38,793 nucleotides of DNA, from the NCBI GenBank assembly GCA_934481325.1, contig CAKSPL010000002.1, positions 1-38,793 of the forward strand, in the 5' to 3' direction. Origin of the DNA: an uncultured Eubacteriales bacterium (lineage in GTDB: Bacteria > Bacillota > Clostridia > Oscillospirales > CAG-272). The notes under the pieces were generated by a model. It did no database searches. It was not told where the DNA came from and was given only the letters and a program-made list of their open reading frames with translations. Within the stretch, counting starts at the first letter, position 1. The number at the start of each line of letters is the position of its first letter. Below are positions 23,426 through 32,937 of this stretch, one piece after another. Both the position numbers and the translations under genes were made by a program.

Positions 23426-24139
23426 ATGAAAATCGTGAAAACCATAGGGTGCCTTGCCCTGCTTTGTGTCATCATCTGCGGCTGTATTGCGATGGCGAAG
23501 AGGGGAGAACCGAATCAGGCAACGGGCACCAACGACACCCCCACGGGAGAGGCAACCGTCAACCCGCCGCAAAACGACGCGGGCGGAGAGCCGGCGCAGG
23601 AGATTACCGGCAGTGTCACCGTGCCGAAAAAGTACAGCGAGGGCTTGAAGTTCCGCAGTAACGGGGACGGCACCTGCTCGGTGGCGGGGATGGGGAGCTG
23701 TACCGCTTCCTGCGTGCTGATTCCGCCGCAAAGCCCCGCAGGGGATACCGTAACCGGAATTTTGCCCTTTGCCTTTCGGGACAGTATCGTGGGGGCAATC
23801 GAATTGCCGACCACGGTTACGGTGCTGGATGCCGCCTCGTTTGCGGGGTGCAATCGGCTGGCGTACGTGCGGGTGAGTGCCGGAAATCCCGCGTTTCTGG
23901 AGGAGGACGGCGTTCTGTACACGGCGGACGGCACCACGCTGGTTTACTGCCCCTCGGGCAGGAGTGCCGACACGCTGACGCTCTCCTCCTCGCTGACCCG
24001 CATTGCGGCGGGCGCATTTGCCGATTGCACCACCCTGCGTACCGTCAACTATGCAGGCACCACCTCGGAGTGGCACAATGTGATTGTGGGGGACGATAAC
24101 GACCCGCTTTACGCCGCCACTCTGCGGTTCCGGACATAA
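23426..24139 (+). CDS. Surface-anchored leucine-rich-repeat (BspA/LRR_5-like) protein
   Basis: The start is at ATG 23426, with AAGGAGG upstream. There is an N-terminal signal/anchor MKIVKTIGCLALLCVIICGC. Repeats of the form ..IELPTTVTVLDAASFAGCNRL.. / ..LSSSLTRIAAGAFADCTTL.. follow. Confidence 0.75.
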   Translation: MKIVKTIGCLALLCVIICGCIAMAKRGEPNQATGTNDTPTGEATVNPPQNDAGGEPAQEITGSVTVPKKYSEGLKFRSNGDGTCSVAGMGSCTASCVLIPPQSPAGDTVTGILPFAFRDSIVGAIELPTTVTVLDAASFAGCNRLAYVRVSAGNPAFLEEDGVLYTADGTTLVYCPSGRSADTLTLSSSLTRIAAGAFADCTTLRTVNYAGTTSEWHNVIVGDDNDPLYAATLRFRT

Positions 24140-24292
24140 AAAAGCGGCGGATTTCGGCTCCGCCGCGCGTCGGCAAACCCGGATTTCTCCCGGGCCGGAT
24201 CGTATTTCCCGTTTTTGCGTGCCGTGCAACGGGAAGCGGCTTCCGTGCGTAAACGCAACGGAAAAACACCGGAAAGGATTCCGGAGATATTT

Positions 24293-24327
24293 GCGGGGAG
24301 CCCGTCAAAAGGCTCCCCGCATTTTTA
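24293..24327 (+). terminator. Terminator between the convergent LRR and SDR genes
   Basis: GCGGGGAGCC-cgtcaaaa-GGCTCCCCGC followed by ATTTTTA. Confidence 0.6.
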
Positions 24328-25044
24328 TATGGCAAACCCGCCGTCCACGCCAAGGCACTGCCCGGTGATAAAGGACGCCTCCTTACTGGCGAAAAACCGC
24401 ACAGCCGCCGCCACGTCCGCCGGGGTGCCGAGGCGGCAGAGCGGGGTTTCCTCCGTCAGCGCGGAAAGCGTGCCGCTGTCCAATGCCGCGTTCATTTCGG
24501 TATCGATCACGCCCGGCTCCACACAGTTTACGGTGATGCCGGAGGGACCAAGTTCCTTGGCAAGTGCCATTGTCAGCCCGCGCACGCCCGCTTTTGCGGC
24601 GGAATACGCCACCTCCATTGAGGCACCGATTTTCCCCCACATCGAGCCGATGTTGATGATGCGCCCACAGCCCCGGCGGATCATATCCTCCTGTACCTCG
24701 CGGGCGGGATAAAAAGCCCCCGAGAGGTTGGTATCCAACAGCCGCCGCCAGTCCGCGTCCCCAAGGTCGCGGGAGAGGGCGATTCCGGAAATGCCCGCAT
24801 TGCACACCAGCACGTCTATTCCGCCGCCGAGAGCCGTTCTGGCACGGGCAACCCCGCGGCGCACCTCGTCGGGGTCGGAAACATCGGCGGCAATTGCCGT
24901 GGCACCGGTTTCGGCGGCGATTGCCGCCGCCTCCTTTTCGCGGGTGCGGTAAAAAAACGCAACCGCATCGCCGTCGGCGGCAAAGGTGCGCACGATTTCG
25001 GCACCGATCCCGCGGGAGCCGCCCGTAATCAGAATTCTTCTCAT
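24325..25044 (-). CDS. SDR-family oxidoreductase (FabG-like)
   Basis: The start was moved to ATG 25044 (MRRILITGGSRGIG). Motifs: NAGI and the catalytic YSAAK. Confidence 0.88.
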   Translation of the reverse strand: MRRILITGGSRGIGAEIVRTFAADGDAVAFFYRTREKEAAAIAAETGATAIAADVSDPDEVRRGVARARTALGGGIDVLVCNAGISGIALSRDLGDADWRRLLDTNLSGAFYPAREVQEDMIRRGCGRIINIGSMWGKIGASMEVAYSAAKAGVRGLTMALAKELGPSGITVNCVEPGVIDTEMNAALDSGTLSALTEETPLCRLGTPADVAAAVRFFASKEASFITGQCLGVDGGFAI

Positions 25045-25159
25045 TGTTTTTCCTTTCGGGTGCCGCGGCACCCTTTTGTTTTTCGTATGGATTTTATAAC
25101 TTTTCGTATGGATATTTTGTGTCGTATCGGGGATTTTTCGCTCCCGTGTGATAGGATAT

Positions 25160-25987
25160 TTACTTTTTCGGGGTGAAATGCTCAAAAATCGGATAATTGC
25201 CGTCGCGAAGGAACGCAGCATATTCCACGGGGTCGCGCACGGTATACACAAACGAGAGCGCACCGCGCGCTACATTGAGTTTTCTCGCAACACTATCGGG
25301 GTATTTTCGGTCATACGCCACAAACGCGGGGCGGCAAAGAAAGTTCAGCCATTCGGCGGAAAGCGCGAAGTTGGCGAGCTTTGACCCCGCCTTTTTCTCC
25401 CGAATCAAATCGGTGACGAGAAGCCCGCGCACCGCCGCCTTCCGGTTTTTGTAAAACCAGCGCAACAGCATCGGATTAAAGGATTCCACGCACCATTCGC
25501 CGGGATAATTGTCGAGCAGGGCTGCCACCTTGGGGCAGAGTGCGGTGTCAAAATTCTCACCTTTGAGTTCAATCAGAAGCGGCACGCGCCCCGCTACCGC
25601 CGCAAGCACCTCGGCAAGGGTGGGGATGGTGTATTCCGTACCCGAAAGGTGCGTGTTTCTCAGCACGTTTGCGGGGGTATCGGTCAAAAGTGCATCCTTG
25701 CCACACATTCTTTTCAGGTTGTAATCGTGAAAAACAAACACTTCACCGTCCGAGGAAAGCTGAACGTCCAGCTCTATGGCAAAGCCCGCCTCCGCCGCCC
25801 GTCGGAAGGCGGGCAGGGAGTTTTCCGGGGCGTCCCCGCCGTACAGACCCCGGTGGGCGTAGGAACGGAGAAACGGAGCCGCCTTTTCCTTTTTTACGGG
25901 CTTTGCGGCAGTGAGAAAGAACCAAAGGAGAAGCAGGAGCAGTGCGGCACCGGCAAGTGCTGAAAGAACGATAACGGGTACCGGCAT
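25160..25987 (-). CDS. Membrane-anchored glycerophosphodiester phosphodiesterase-family protein
   Basis: An N-terminal TM helix is followed by YAHRGLYGGDAPENSLPAFRRA..GFAIELDVQLSSDGEVFVFHD, the GDPD signature. Confidence 0.85.
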   Translation of the reverse strand: MPVPVIVLSALAGAALLLLLLWFFLTAAKPVKKEKAAPFLRSYAHRGLYGGDAPENSLPAFRRAAEAGFAIELDVQLSSDGEVFVFHDYNLKRMCGKDALLTDTPANVLRNTHLSGTEYTIPTLAEVLAAVAGRVPLLIELKGENFDTALCPKVAALLDNYPGEWCVESFNPMLLRWFYKNRKAAVRGLLVTDLIREKKAGSKLANFALSAEWLNFLCRPAFVAYDRKYPDSVARKLNVARGALSFVYTVRDPVEYAAFLRDGNYPIFEHFTPKK

Positions 25988-27573
25988 CAGTCACCGCCTC
26001 CGATCCCCTCCAGCACGGTAGCCTTTGCCTCGGGCTTGGCATCGCCGTGGCGCACGAACAGCATCGTCAGGAATGCTGCCGCCACAAAGAAGGTGGCATA
26101 GGGGAAGAGCGTGGTGAAACGGATGTCCAGGAACACGCCCGAGAGAATGGGGGTTACCACCTGCGCCGCCATACTGGCGGTATAATAGTAGCCCGTGTAT
26201 TTGCCGACGTTGCCGCCGCGGGAAAGCTCCACTACCATCGGGTAGGAGTTGACGTTGATGGTAGCCCAGCCGATGCCCGCCGTGGCAAACAGCAGGTTCA
26301 TCAGCATTACGGGGCTGCCCGCCCGCAGGAACGACGCCGTGAAAAACGAGCCGGTAAGAATCACAATTCCCGCCAGAATCATCTTCTTGCGCCCGAATTT
26401 GGAGGAGAGAATCCCAATCGGAATATAGGAAACGATTGCCGCCGCGTTGGCGATAATCAGCGTGGCGTTGTAGTCCATATTCAGCACCGAGCCTGCATAG
26501 ACCGAGTATTTGCTGGTAACGGCGTTATAGCCCGTGAACCAAAGCACCACCGAAGCGAGAATCAGCAACAGCGACCGCCGTTCGGCAGGGGTGAGGCGGC
26601 GGTCGCCGCCCGTGTCCTCCTCTTTTTCCTCAATGCCGAGCCGCTTGCTTTCCTCCTCCATTTCCGCCGCCCAGCGCGGCTCTCTGACCAGCCACAGGAA
26701 AAGGGCAAGGGAGACTAACATAATTCCGGCAATGATGCCGAAAAAGAGCGTGTAGCTCATCAGGGCGTTGGAGGCTTTGCCGGTGCCGAGAAGCATTCCC
26801 AGCCCCAGCACAATCACGCCGCCTGCCGCCCCCATCAGGTTGATGACCGCATTTGCCTTGGAGCGGAGCGGCTTGACGATGACGTCCGGCATCAGTGCCA
26901 CGGCGGGGGAACGGAAGGTCCCCATTGACACCAGCAGCAGCAGCAGAATACAGACAAACGCCACCAGGGGTGCGGGATGCGCCGCGGTGACCGAGGAGGC
27001 GTACGCCTGCCGCGCGGGGACAACATACGCCGCATAGCTTTCCGCGTCCTGCGGGGTGATGGCTTTGAAATTTTCCTCGCTGATTACGGACTGCAACGGC
27101 TGCTTCCGATCGCCGCGGAACGGGTTGACATCCTGCAGAATCTCGGAAAAGCTCTTATGGTCGGTGGTTTCGGATTCCATACGGATGTTGGGGTTGGCTT
27201 CCCAAAGGGTATCCAGTGCCTCGGTGTACGCCTGCCCCTCGGTTGCCTCCACCGCGCTGAGGTTTTTCAGTTGTGCGTTGTCGGGCAGGGACAGCAGCAC
27301 CAGTGCCGCCGCCGCGATAATCGTGCCGCAAAAGATGAACGGCGTGCGCCGCCCGTGGCGACTGCGGCATTTGTCGGACAGCGCGCCGAACAGGGGCAGG
27401 AGAAAGAGTGCCAGCACGTTGTCCAGTGCCATAATCGCGCCCGACCAGGTCTGCGGCAGACCGAATTTGTCGGTCAGAATTTTGGGGATGATGTTGTCGT
27501 ATGCCTGCCAGAATGCGCAGATGAGGAAAAAGGCAAACCCGACGAACAGGGTGCGCTTGTAATTCAGCTTCAT
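25987..27573 (-). CDS. MFS-type transporter with a large hydrophilic loop
   Basis: Multiple TM segments, LPLFGALSDKCRSRHGRRTPFIF (an MFS loop 2-3-like motif), and a hydrophilic insert of about 100 aa after TM3-4. AAGGAGG RBS. ATGA overlap with the GDPD gene. Confidence 0.8.
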   Translation of the reverse strand: MKLNYKRTLFVGFAFFLICAFWQAYDNIIPKILTDKFGLPQTWSGAIMALDNVLALFLLPLFGALSDKCRSRHGRRTPFIFCGTIIAAAALVLLSLPDNAQLKNLSAVEATEGQAYTEALDTLWEANPNIRMESETTDHKSFSEILQDVNPFRGDRKQPLQSVISEENFKAITPQDAESYAAYVVPARQAYASSVTAAHPAPLVAFVCILLLLLVSMGTFRSPAVALMPDVIVKPLRSKANAVINLMGAAGGVIVLGLGMLLGTGKASNALMSYTLFFGIIAGIMLVSLALFLWLVREPRWAAEMEEESKRLGIEEKEEDTGGDRRLTPAERRSLLLILASVVLWFTGYNAVTSKYSVYAGSVLNMDYNATLIIANAAAIVSYIPIGILSSKFGRKKMILAGIVILTGSFFTASFLRAGSPVMLMNLLFATAGIGWATINVNSYPMVVELSRGGNVGKYTGYYYTASMAAQVVTPILSGVFLDIRFTTLFPYATFFVAAAFLTMLFVRHGDAKPEAKATVLEGIGGGD

Positions 27574-27585
27574 ATCGTTGCCTCC

Positions 27586-28134
27586 TTATATACTGCCCGC
27601 ACGGCGCATTGCCGCCGCACGGAGGATCGCCGCCTGCGTTTTTCCGTCCGGAATTTCCCCGCGCAATACCGCCGCCTCGGCTTCCTCCAGGGGCAGGCGG
27701 AACACCTCCAGAAATTCGTCGTCGTCAAAATCCGTTTCGCCGAAGGAAAGCCCCTTGGCAAGAAACATCCGGATGCGCTCGCCAAGGATCGCGGGGGAGC
27801 CGTAATAATCCCCCAACGGAATCATTTCGCCCGCGGTGGCACCGGTTTCCTCTTTCAGCTCCCGGATTGCCGCCGAGAGCGGGTCCTCGTCCGGCGCGTC
27901 CAGCTTTCCGGCGGGAATTTCGGTCAGCACCTGTCCCACGGCGTAGCGGTATTGGCGTTCCAACAGCACCTCGCCCTTGTCGGTCAGCGGCAGAATACAG
28001 ACCGCACCGATGTGCTTGATATATTCCCGCACCGAGGCTTCGCCGTTCGGCAGGCGGACGGTATCCTTATAAAGATGCACCACCGTGCCGTCAAAAATCA
28101 GGCGGGAATCAACGGTTTTTTCTTCCAGCTCCAA
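27586..28134 (-). CDS. NUDIX hydrolase (ADP-ribose pyrophosphatase-like)
   Basis: Nudix box GKLDAPDEDPLSAAIRELKEETG. I place the start at TTG 28134..28132, with AAAGGAG 8 nt upstream. The longer track ORF (to 28377) has no SD. Confidence 0.8.
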   Translation of the reverse strand: MELEEKTVDSRLIFDGTVVHLYKDTVRLPNGEASVREYIKHIGAVCILPLTDKGEVLLERQYRYAVGQVLTEIPAGKLDAPDEDPLSAAIRELKEETGATAGEMIPLGDYYGSPAILGERIRMFLAKGLSFGETDFDDDEFLEVFRLPLEEAEAAVLRGEIPDGKTQAAILRAAAMRRAGSI

Positions 28135-28267
28135 GAAAATCACTCCTTTCCTTCTTATTGTAGCCGATTTTTTCGGTTTTGTAAAGAGGAAAAAATGCGG
28201 CAATGCGCGGGGGTGTTTATTTTTCCGCTCGGCGGGCAATACTCGGGGAAAAGAAAGGGGTGGCTTT

Positions 28268-28531
28268 ATGCTGAAAGGATGCCAGAAAGAGATGATTGTA
28301 CTGCACACAACCGACAGCCCGCTGTTTGAGGACGCGTTTTTTGTGTTGCGTGCGGGAAAGCCCGCACCGGCGCACACGGATATGCTGACCGAGGCAAACA
28401 GAATTGCCTTCGGTGGGCGGGATTATTTTCTGCATCGCAGGCGTTCCGCCGTCGGATGGCTCTTTTTCGGAGCCGGAGTGCTGGCAGGTTCGGGAATATT
28501 TTTCCTGCTTCATTTTCTGATCGGATTTTAA
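28268..28531 (+). CDS. Small hypothetical membrane protein
   Basis: 87 aa from ATG 28268 (MLKGCQKEMIVLHTTDSPLFEDAFFVLR...) with a C-terminal TM helix (GWLFFGAGVLAGSGIFFLLHFLIGF). The SD is weak (AAAGGGG). Confidence 0.5.
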   Translation: MLKGCQKEMIVLHTTDSPLFEDAFFVLRAGKPAPAHTDMLTEANRIAFGGRDYFLHRRRSAVGWLFFGAGVLAGSGIFFLLHFLIGF

Positions 28532-28533
28532 TC

Positions 28534-28562
28534 TTGACAAACGGGGAGCTTTGGTGTATCAT
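28534..28562 (+). promoter_or_regulatory. Candidate promoter for rnj
   Basis: TTGACA (28534..28539), 17 nt, TATCAT (28557..28562). This would give a leader of about 85 nt. Confidence 0.4.
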
Positions 28563-28652
28563 AAAATGAATGTACCGTATCTGTATCCGCCGCGCGCCGT
28601 TGCCGCGCCGGATTTTGCGCGATGGCGCGTGATAGAAGCAAAAGGAGAATAT

Positions 28653-30806
28653 ATGCCGAGAAACCCAAGAAAAAAAACGGTCGGTGAGCCGGGCGGGGCA
28701 GTCTATACCCCGGAGGCACCGCAGAAAAACAAAAAGGGCGGGGCAAGGAACGGAAAAAGACCCGTCGGGCGTGAGGAAACACCGCCCGTAAAACCCGCCA
28801 AAAACACAAAAAGCCCCGGAACGGGTAGCGAAAAAGCCGCCACACAGGGCGGAACCCGGTCAGCAGGAGGCGGCAGACACCTGACGCGAGCCGCCGGAAA
28901 ACAGGCAAGAGCCGCCGGAAAACAGGAAAAGAACGCCGGGTGGCAGGAAAGAAGTGCCGGAAAGCCGGAAAAAACCGCCGGAAAGCAGGCACGCGGCATC
29001 GGGCGGCAGACGCCGCCGGAATCGCGGGGCAGTGCGCAGAAAAAAGCGGCATTTGCCGAAAATACCCCCATACGCGATGAGAAAAGCCGAAACGGCGCGT
29101 CGAAATCGGGTGGCAAAGGTCGGAACCGGACGGGTGCCGTTCCCGGTGCAAAGTTGCGGATTATTCCGCTGGGGGGGCTTCACGAAATCGGCAAAAACCT
29201 TACCGTAATCGAATACGGCAACGATATGATTGCCGTGGACTGCGGGCTTGCCTTTCCTGATGACGATATGCTGGGGATTGACCTGGTGATTCCTGACGTG
29301 ACCTACCTGGAACAGAACAGTGACCGCTTGCGGGGGATTTTCCTCACCCACGGACACGAGGATCATATCGGGGCAATTCCGTACGTCCTTCGCACGATTC
29401 ATCCGCCGGTGTACGGCACCAAGCTGACCGTCGGCATCATCAAAAACAAGCTGGAAGAACACGCACTGCCGTGGAAAGCCGACCTTCGCACCGTTTGCGC
29501 GGGCGACACCGTGCAGGCGGGCGCGCTTTCGGTGGAATTTATTCACGTGAACCACTCGATTGCGGATGCGTGCTGTCTTGCCATTCATACCCCGCTGGGG
29601 ACGGTGATTCACACCGGTGACTTCAAGCTGGACATCACACCGATTCAGGGTGAGATGATGGATCTGGCGCGCCTTGGCGAGCTTGGAAACGAGGGCGTGC
29701 TGGCACTGCTGTGCGAATCCACCAACGCGGAGCGTCCGGGCTTTACCCCCTCCGAGAAAAAGGTGGGCAGGTCGCTGGAATATATTTTCACCTCCAATCC
29801 GGACAAGCGGATTGTGATTGCCACGTTTTCCTCCAACGTTCACCGGGTACAGCAGATTATCGATATCAGTGCCGAGCACGGCAGAAAGGTGGCTGTGACC
29901 GGGCGGAGTATGCTGAATATCGTGGGTGCCGCGGTAGAGCTGGGCTATATGAAGGTACCGAAGGATACGCTGATTGACATCACCGAAATCCGCCGTTATA
30001 AGCCCGAACAGCTGACGCTGGTGACCACGGGCAGTCAGGGGGAGCCGATGTCGGCTCTTTACCGGATGGCGTATTCCGACCACAATCAGGTCACGCTGGG
30101 ACACGGCGATCTGGTGGTGCTTTCCTCCAGTGCCATCCCCGGCAACGAAAAGCTGGTGGGGCGCGTAATCAACGAGCTTTCCAAAAACGGCGTGGAGGTT
30201 CTGAACGACGCGGCAATGGCGGTTCACGTTTCGGGTCACGCCTGTCAGGAAGAGCTGAAACTGATGCAGGGGCTGACCAAACCGAAATATTTTATGCCCG
30301 TACACGGGGAATGCCGCCATATGCAGGCAAACCGGAGGCTGGCTTTGGAAATGGGGATTCCGGACGAGAATATCTTCCTCTCCGAAATCGGCAGGGTGCT
30401 GGAAATTGACGAAAACGGCGCGCGCTTTGCCGGCACGGTGCCTGCGGGGCAGGTGCTGGTGGACGGCTACGGCGTGGGCGACGTGGGCAATATCGTGCTT
30501 CGCGACCGCAAGCATCTCTCGCAGGACGGTCTGATTGTGGTGGTTGCCACGGTGGACGAGGAAAGCGGACTGCTGATTTCGGGTCCCGACGTGGTGTCCC
30601 GCGGGTTTGTGTACGTCAAGGAAAACGAGGAGCTGATGGTGGAGGCAAAGCGCGTGGTACAGCGTTCGCTTGACGCGTGCCTCTCCGGCAAGGGAGACAG
30701 CGACTGGCTCCAGCTCAAAACCCGCGTAAAGGACGATCTGTCCAGATTTTTGTTTTCCAAAACCGGGCGCAAACCGATGATTCTGCCCGTGATTATGAAT
30801 GTGTGA
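28653..30806 (+). CDS. rnj: Ribonuclease J with a ~166-aa basic N-terminal extension
   Basis: KLRIIPLGGLHEIGKN, the metallo-beta-lactamase motif LTHGHEDHIG, the beta-CASP region and the C-terminal domain are present. The start is chosen at ATG 28653, with AAAGGAG 6 nt upstream. The extension is Lys/Arg/Gly/Ala-rich with AAGKQ-type repeats. Confidence 0.88.
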   Translation: MPRNPRKKTVGEPGGAVYTPEAPQKNKKGGARNGKRPVGREETPPVKPAKNTKSPGTGSEKAATQGGTRSAGGGRHLTRAAGKQARAAGKQEKNAGWQERSAGKPEKTAGKQARGIGRQTPPESRGSAQKKAAFAENTPIRDEKSRNGASKSGGKGRNRTGAVPGAKLRIIPLGGLHEIGKNLTVIEYGNDMIAVDCGLAFPDDDMLGIDLVIPDVTYLEQNSDRLRGIFLTHGHEDHIGAIPYVLRTIHPPVYGTKLTVGIIKNKLEEHALPWKADLRTVCAGDTVQAGALSVEFIHVNHSIADACCLAIHTPLGTVIHTGDFKLDITPIQGEMMDLARLGELGNEGVLALLCESTNAERPGFTPSEKKVGRSLEYIFTSNPDKRIVIATFSSNVHRVQQIIDISAEHGRKVAVTGRSMLNIVGAAVELGYMKVPKDTLIDITEIRRYKPEQLTLVTTGSQGEPMSALYRMAYSDHNQVTLGHGDLVVLSSSAIPGNEKLVGRVINELSKNGVEVLNDAAMAVHVSGHACQEELKLMQGLTKPKYFMPVHGECRHMQANRRLALEMGIPDENIFLSEIGRVLEIDENGARFAGTVPAGQVLVDGYGVGDVGNIVLRDRKHLSQDGLIVVVATVDEESGLLISGPDVVSRGFVYVKENEELMVEAKRVVQRSLDACLSGKGDSDWLQLKTRVKDDLSRFLFSKTGRKPMILPVIMNV

Positions 30807-30925
30807 TGCGGTGTGCCTTCACAGAAGCGACACCGTGTATACACATCGGCGCGTTAAAATGTACTTCCCGGTCGGCTGACCGTTGAATAATGAACAAAAC
30901 AAAATAAAGCAAAGGGGTCCTTACA

Positions 30926-32770
30926 ATGGGAAAAGGAAACAGAACAGAAAACGAAAAAGCAAGTGAACTGCTTGCCTCCGCCAAGGGCGGAAAAGCGGCA
31001 AAAGCCAAAAAGGGTCTGCCCGTGTGGGCGGGAACGCTGATTCTCGTTGCGGTGCTGGTAGCACTGGTGCTGATTGCCACATTTTCCGCACTGAACGCAA
31101 AGGGCGTATTCCTGCACGGCAAAACCGTGGCGTCTACCGAGCATTACAAAATCAATGCCGCGATGATGTCCTACGTGATTTATTCGGAATATCAGAATTT
31201 CGTGACCACCTATTCCTCCTCCAGTTACGGGAATATTCTGGCTTACATCCGCGGCACGGGCGGGGACGCGCTGAGTACCTCCACGCCTCTGCGCTCCCAG
31301 TATTACAGCAAGCCCACGGCGGATAAGCCCGAAACCGAAAAGCTGACCTGGTTTGACTACTTTGCCAAGAGCGCGGAGAGCCAGGTAACGCAGATTCTGA
31401 TTTACTGCGAAATCGCAAGAGCCAACGGCGTGGAGCTGGATGACGAGGATCGCGCTACGATTGAGAGCACGCTTGACAGCCTGAAAACCCATGCCGAAAC
31501 ACAGGGGTATTCGGTCAACGATTACCTGATGGCAATGTACGGCAAGGGCGTGAATCTGAAGGAAGTGCGCAAAATCCTGGAGCTTTCTCAGCTTTCCTCC
31601 AAAATGGCAAACAAGAAGCAGGACGAATACAAGGGCCTGGCAACCGATGTCCGCGTGGACGCGGAGTATGAGGCAAACCGCTCCAAGTACGACCTGTATT
31701 ACGGATACATCGCTTACACCTTTACGGCAAAGTTTGAACCCAAGAGCGACGCGACCGACGAGGAGAAGGCAGCTGCACTGGAAGCATACAAGGCAGAGCA
31801 GAAGAAATACGCCGAGTGGGTGGAACGCCTGAAAGGCATCACCGATCAGAGCAAGTTTGAGACCTTTGCGGCAACCGTGCGCGAGGAAACCTTTGAGCGC
31901 GTGAAGGCAGAGGAGCTGGAAAAGGGAACCGACGAAGAAGAAGCAACCAAGCTTGCAAACGAGGCGGCGGATGCGGTTGCCAAAGAACTTTCGATGATGG
32001 AAAACAAGCCGCACTATAAAAAAGGCGACGATTCCGGGGACCTTGACACCTGGATTTCCAATGTGGAGCGCGCACTCGGTGACACCACGACCGTGATTTC
32101 CGAGGCGGACGCCACCAACAAAACCGCCGAGGGCGAGCCTGTCAGCTACGTGGACAAGGCGGAATCCACCTATTCCGTTTATATGCTGACCGCTACCGTA
32201 CATCCCGACAGCGGCGACAGATGGCGCAGTGTGGGGCATATCCTTTTCAAGAGCGATACCTATGATAAGCTGGAAAACACCGAAAAGCTGACCGGCAAGG
32301 TCAAAGAACTGGCGGACAAGGTGCTGGAAAAAGAGGGTGCCATCACTGCCGAGGCAATGGCGAAAGCCCTGCTGGAAGAGCTGATGAACGAGGGCAAAAT
32401 CACCACCGTGAACACCGATGACAAGACCTACTATATGATTGACAAGAATGTGTTTGAGGAATACGGCAAGATTTACACCGAGGACGGCAATGTGTTCTAT
32501 ACCGACGTCAAACCCGGCGCAATGGTGAAGGAGTTTGAAAACTGGCTGATGGATTCCTCCCGCGTGGTGGGCGAAATCTCCTACCCCGAGGCAATCAAAT
32601 CCACTTACGGCTATCACATTATGACCTACACCGGCGATGAAAAGCTCGCCTGGAAAGAGGAAATCCGCGATTCTCTTGCCAATACCGATTTTGAGAACTG
32701 GTATAACGGCGAGAAGGAGAATATCACCGTGAATGTGAACATGAAAGCGGTGAAGTCTATTTCGGGCTGA
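30926..32770 (+). CDS. Membrane-anchored peptidyl-prolyl isomerase (parvulin/PrsA-SurA-like)
   Basis: A basic N-terminus with one TM anchor (WAGTLILVAVLVALVLIATF). A parvulin domain near the C-terminus (VGHILFKS ... STYGYHIMTY). Confidence 0.8.
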   Translation: MGKGNRTENEKASELLASAKGGKAAKAKKGLPVWAGTLILVAVLVALVLIATFSALNAKGVFLHGKTVASTEHYKINAAMMSYVIYSEYQNFVTTYSSSSYGNILAYIRGTGGDALSTSTPLRSQYYSKPTADKPETEKLTWFDYFAKSAESQVTQILIYCEIARANGVELDDEDRATIESTLDSLKTHAETQGYSVNDYLMAMYGKGVNLKEVRKILELSQLSSKMANKKQDEYKGLATDVRVDAEYEANRSKYDLYYGYIAYTFTAKFEPKSDATDEEKAAALEAYKAEQKKYAEWVERLKGITDQSKFETFAATVREETFERVKAEELEKGTDEEEATKLANEAADAVAKELSMMENKPHYKKGDDSGDLDTWISNVERALGDTTTVISEADATNKTAEGEPVSYVDKAESTYSVYMLTATVHPDSGDRWRSVGHILFKSDTYDKLENTEKLTGKVKELADKVLEKEGAITAEAMAKALLEELMNEGKITTVNTDDKTYYMIDKNVFEEYGKIYTEDGNVFYTDVKPGAMVKEFENWLMDSSRVVGEISYPEAIKSTYGYHIMTYTGDEKLAWKEEIRDSLANTDFENWYNGEKENITVNVNMKAVKSISG

Positions 32771-32937
32771 TTCCGAAAACCGCAAAGGGCTGTTGCGCTT
32801 TGCCGGGTGACCCCTGCGGAGCCGATCCGCAGGGGTGCCGGGGCGCGACAGCCCTTTGCCGATGCGGCGGAACGCCGCACGGAATACACGCGAAATACAT
32901 ACGGAATACGCAAGGAAAACCGAAAGGAGGGGAACGG

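Noticed and set aside
30835-30844. 10-bp perfect palindrome GTGTATACAC after rnj, and assorted short hairpins at 24140..24290 and 25044..25160 (including three TCGTATGGA-like direct repeats)
   Set aside because: These are short enough to occur by chance. They show no positional logic that I could tie to a promoter or known operator, so they are left unannotated.
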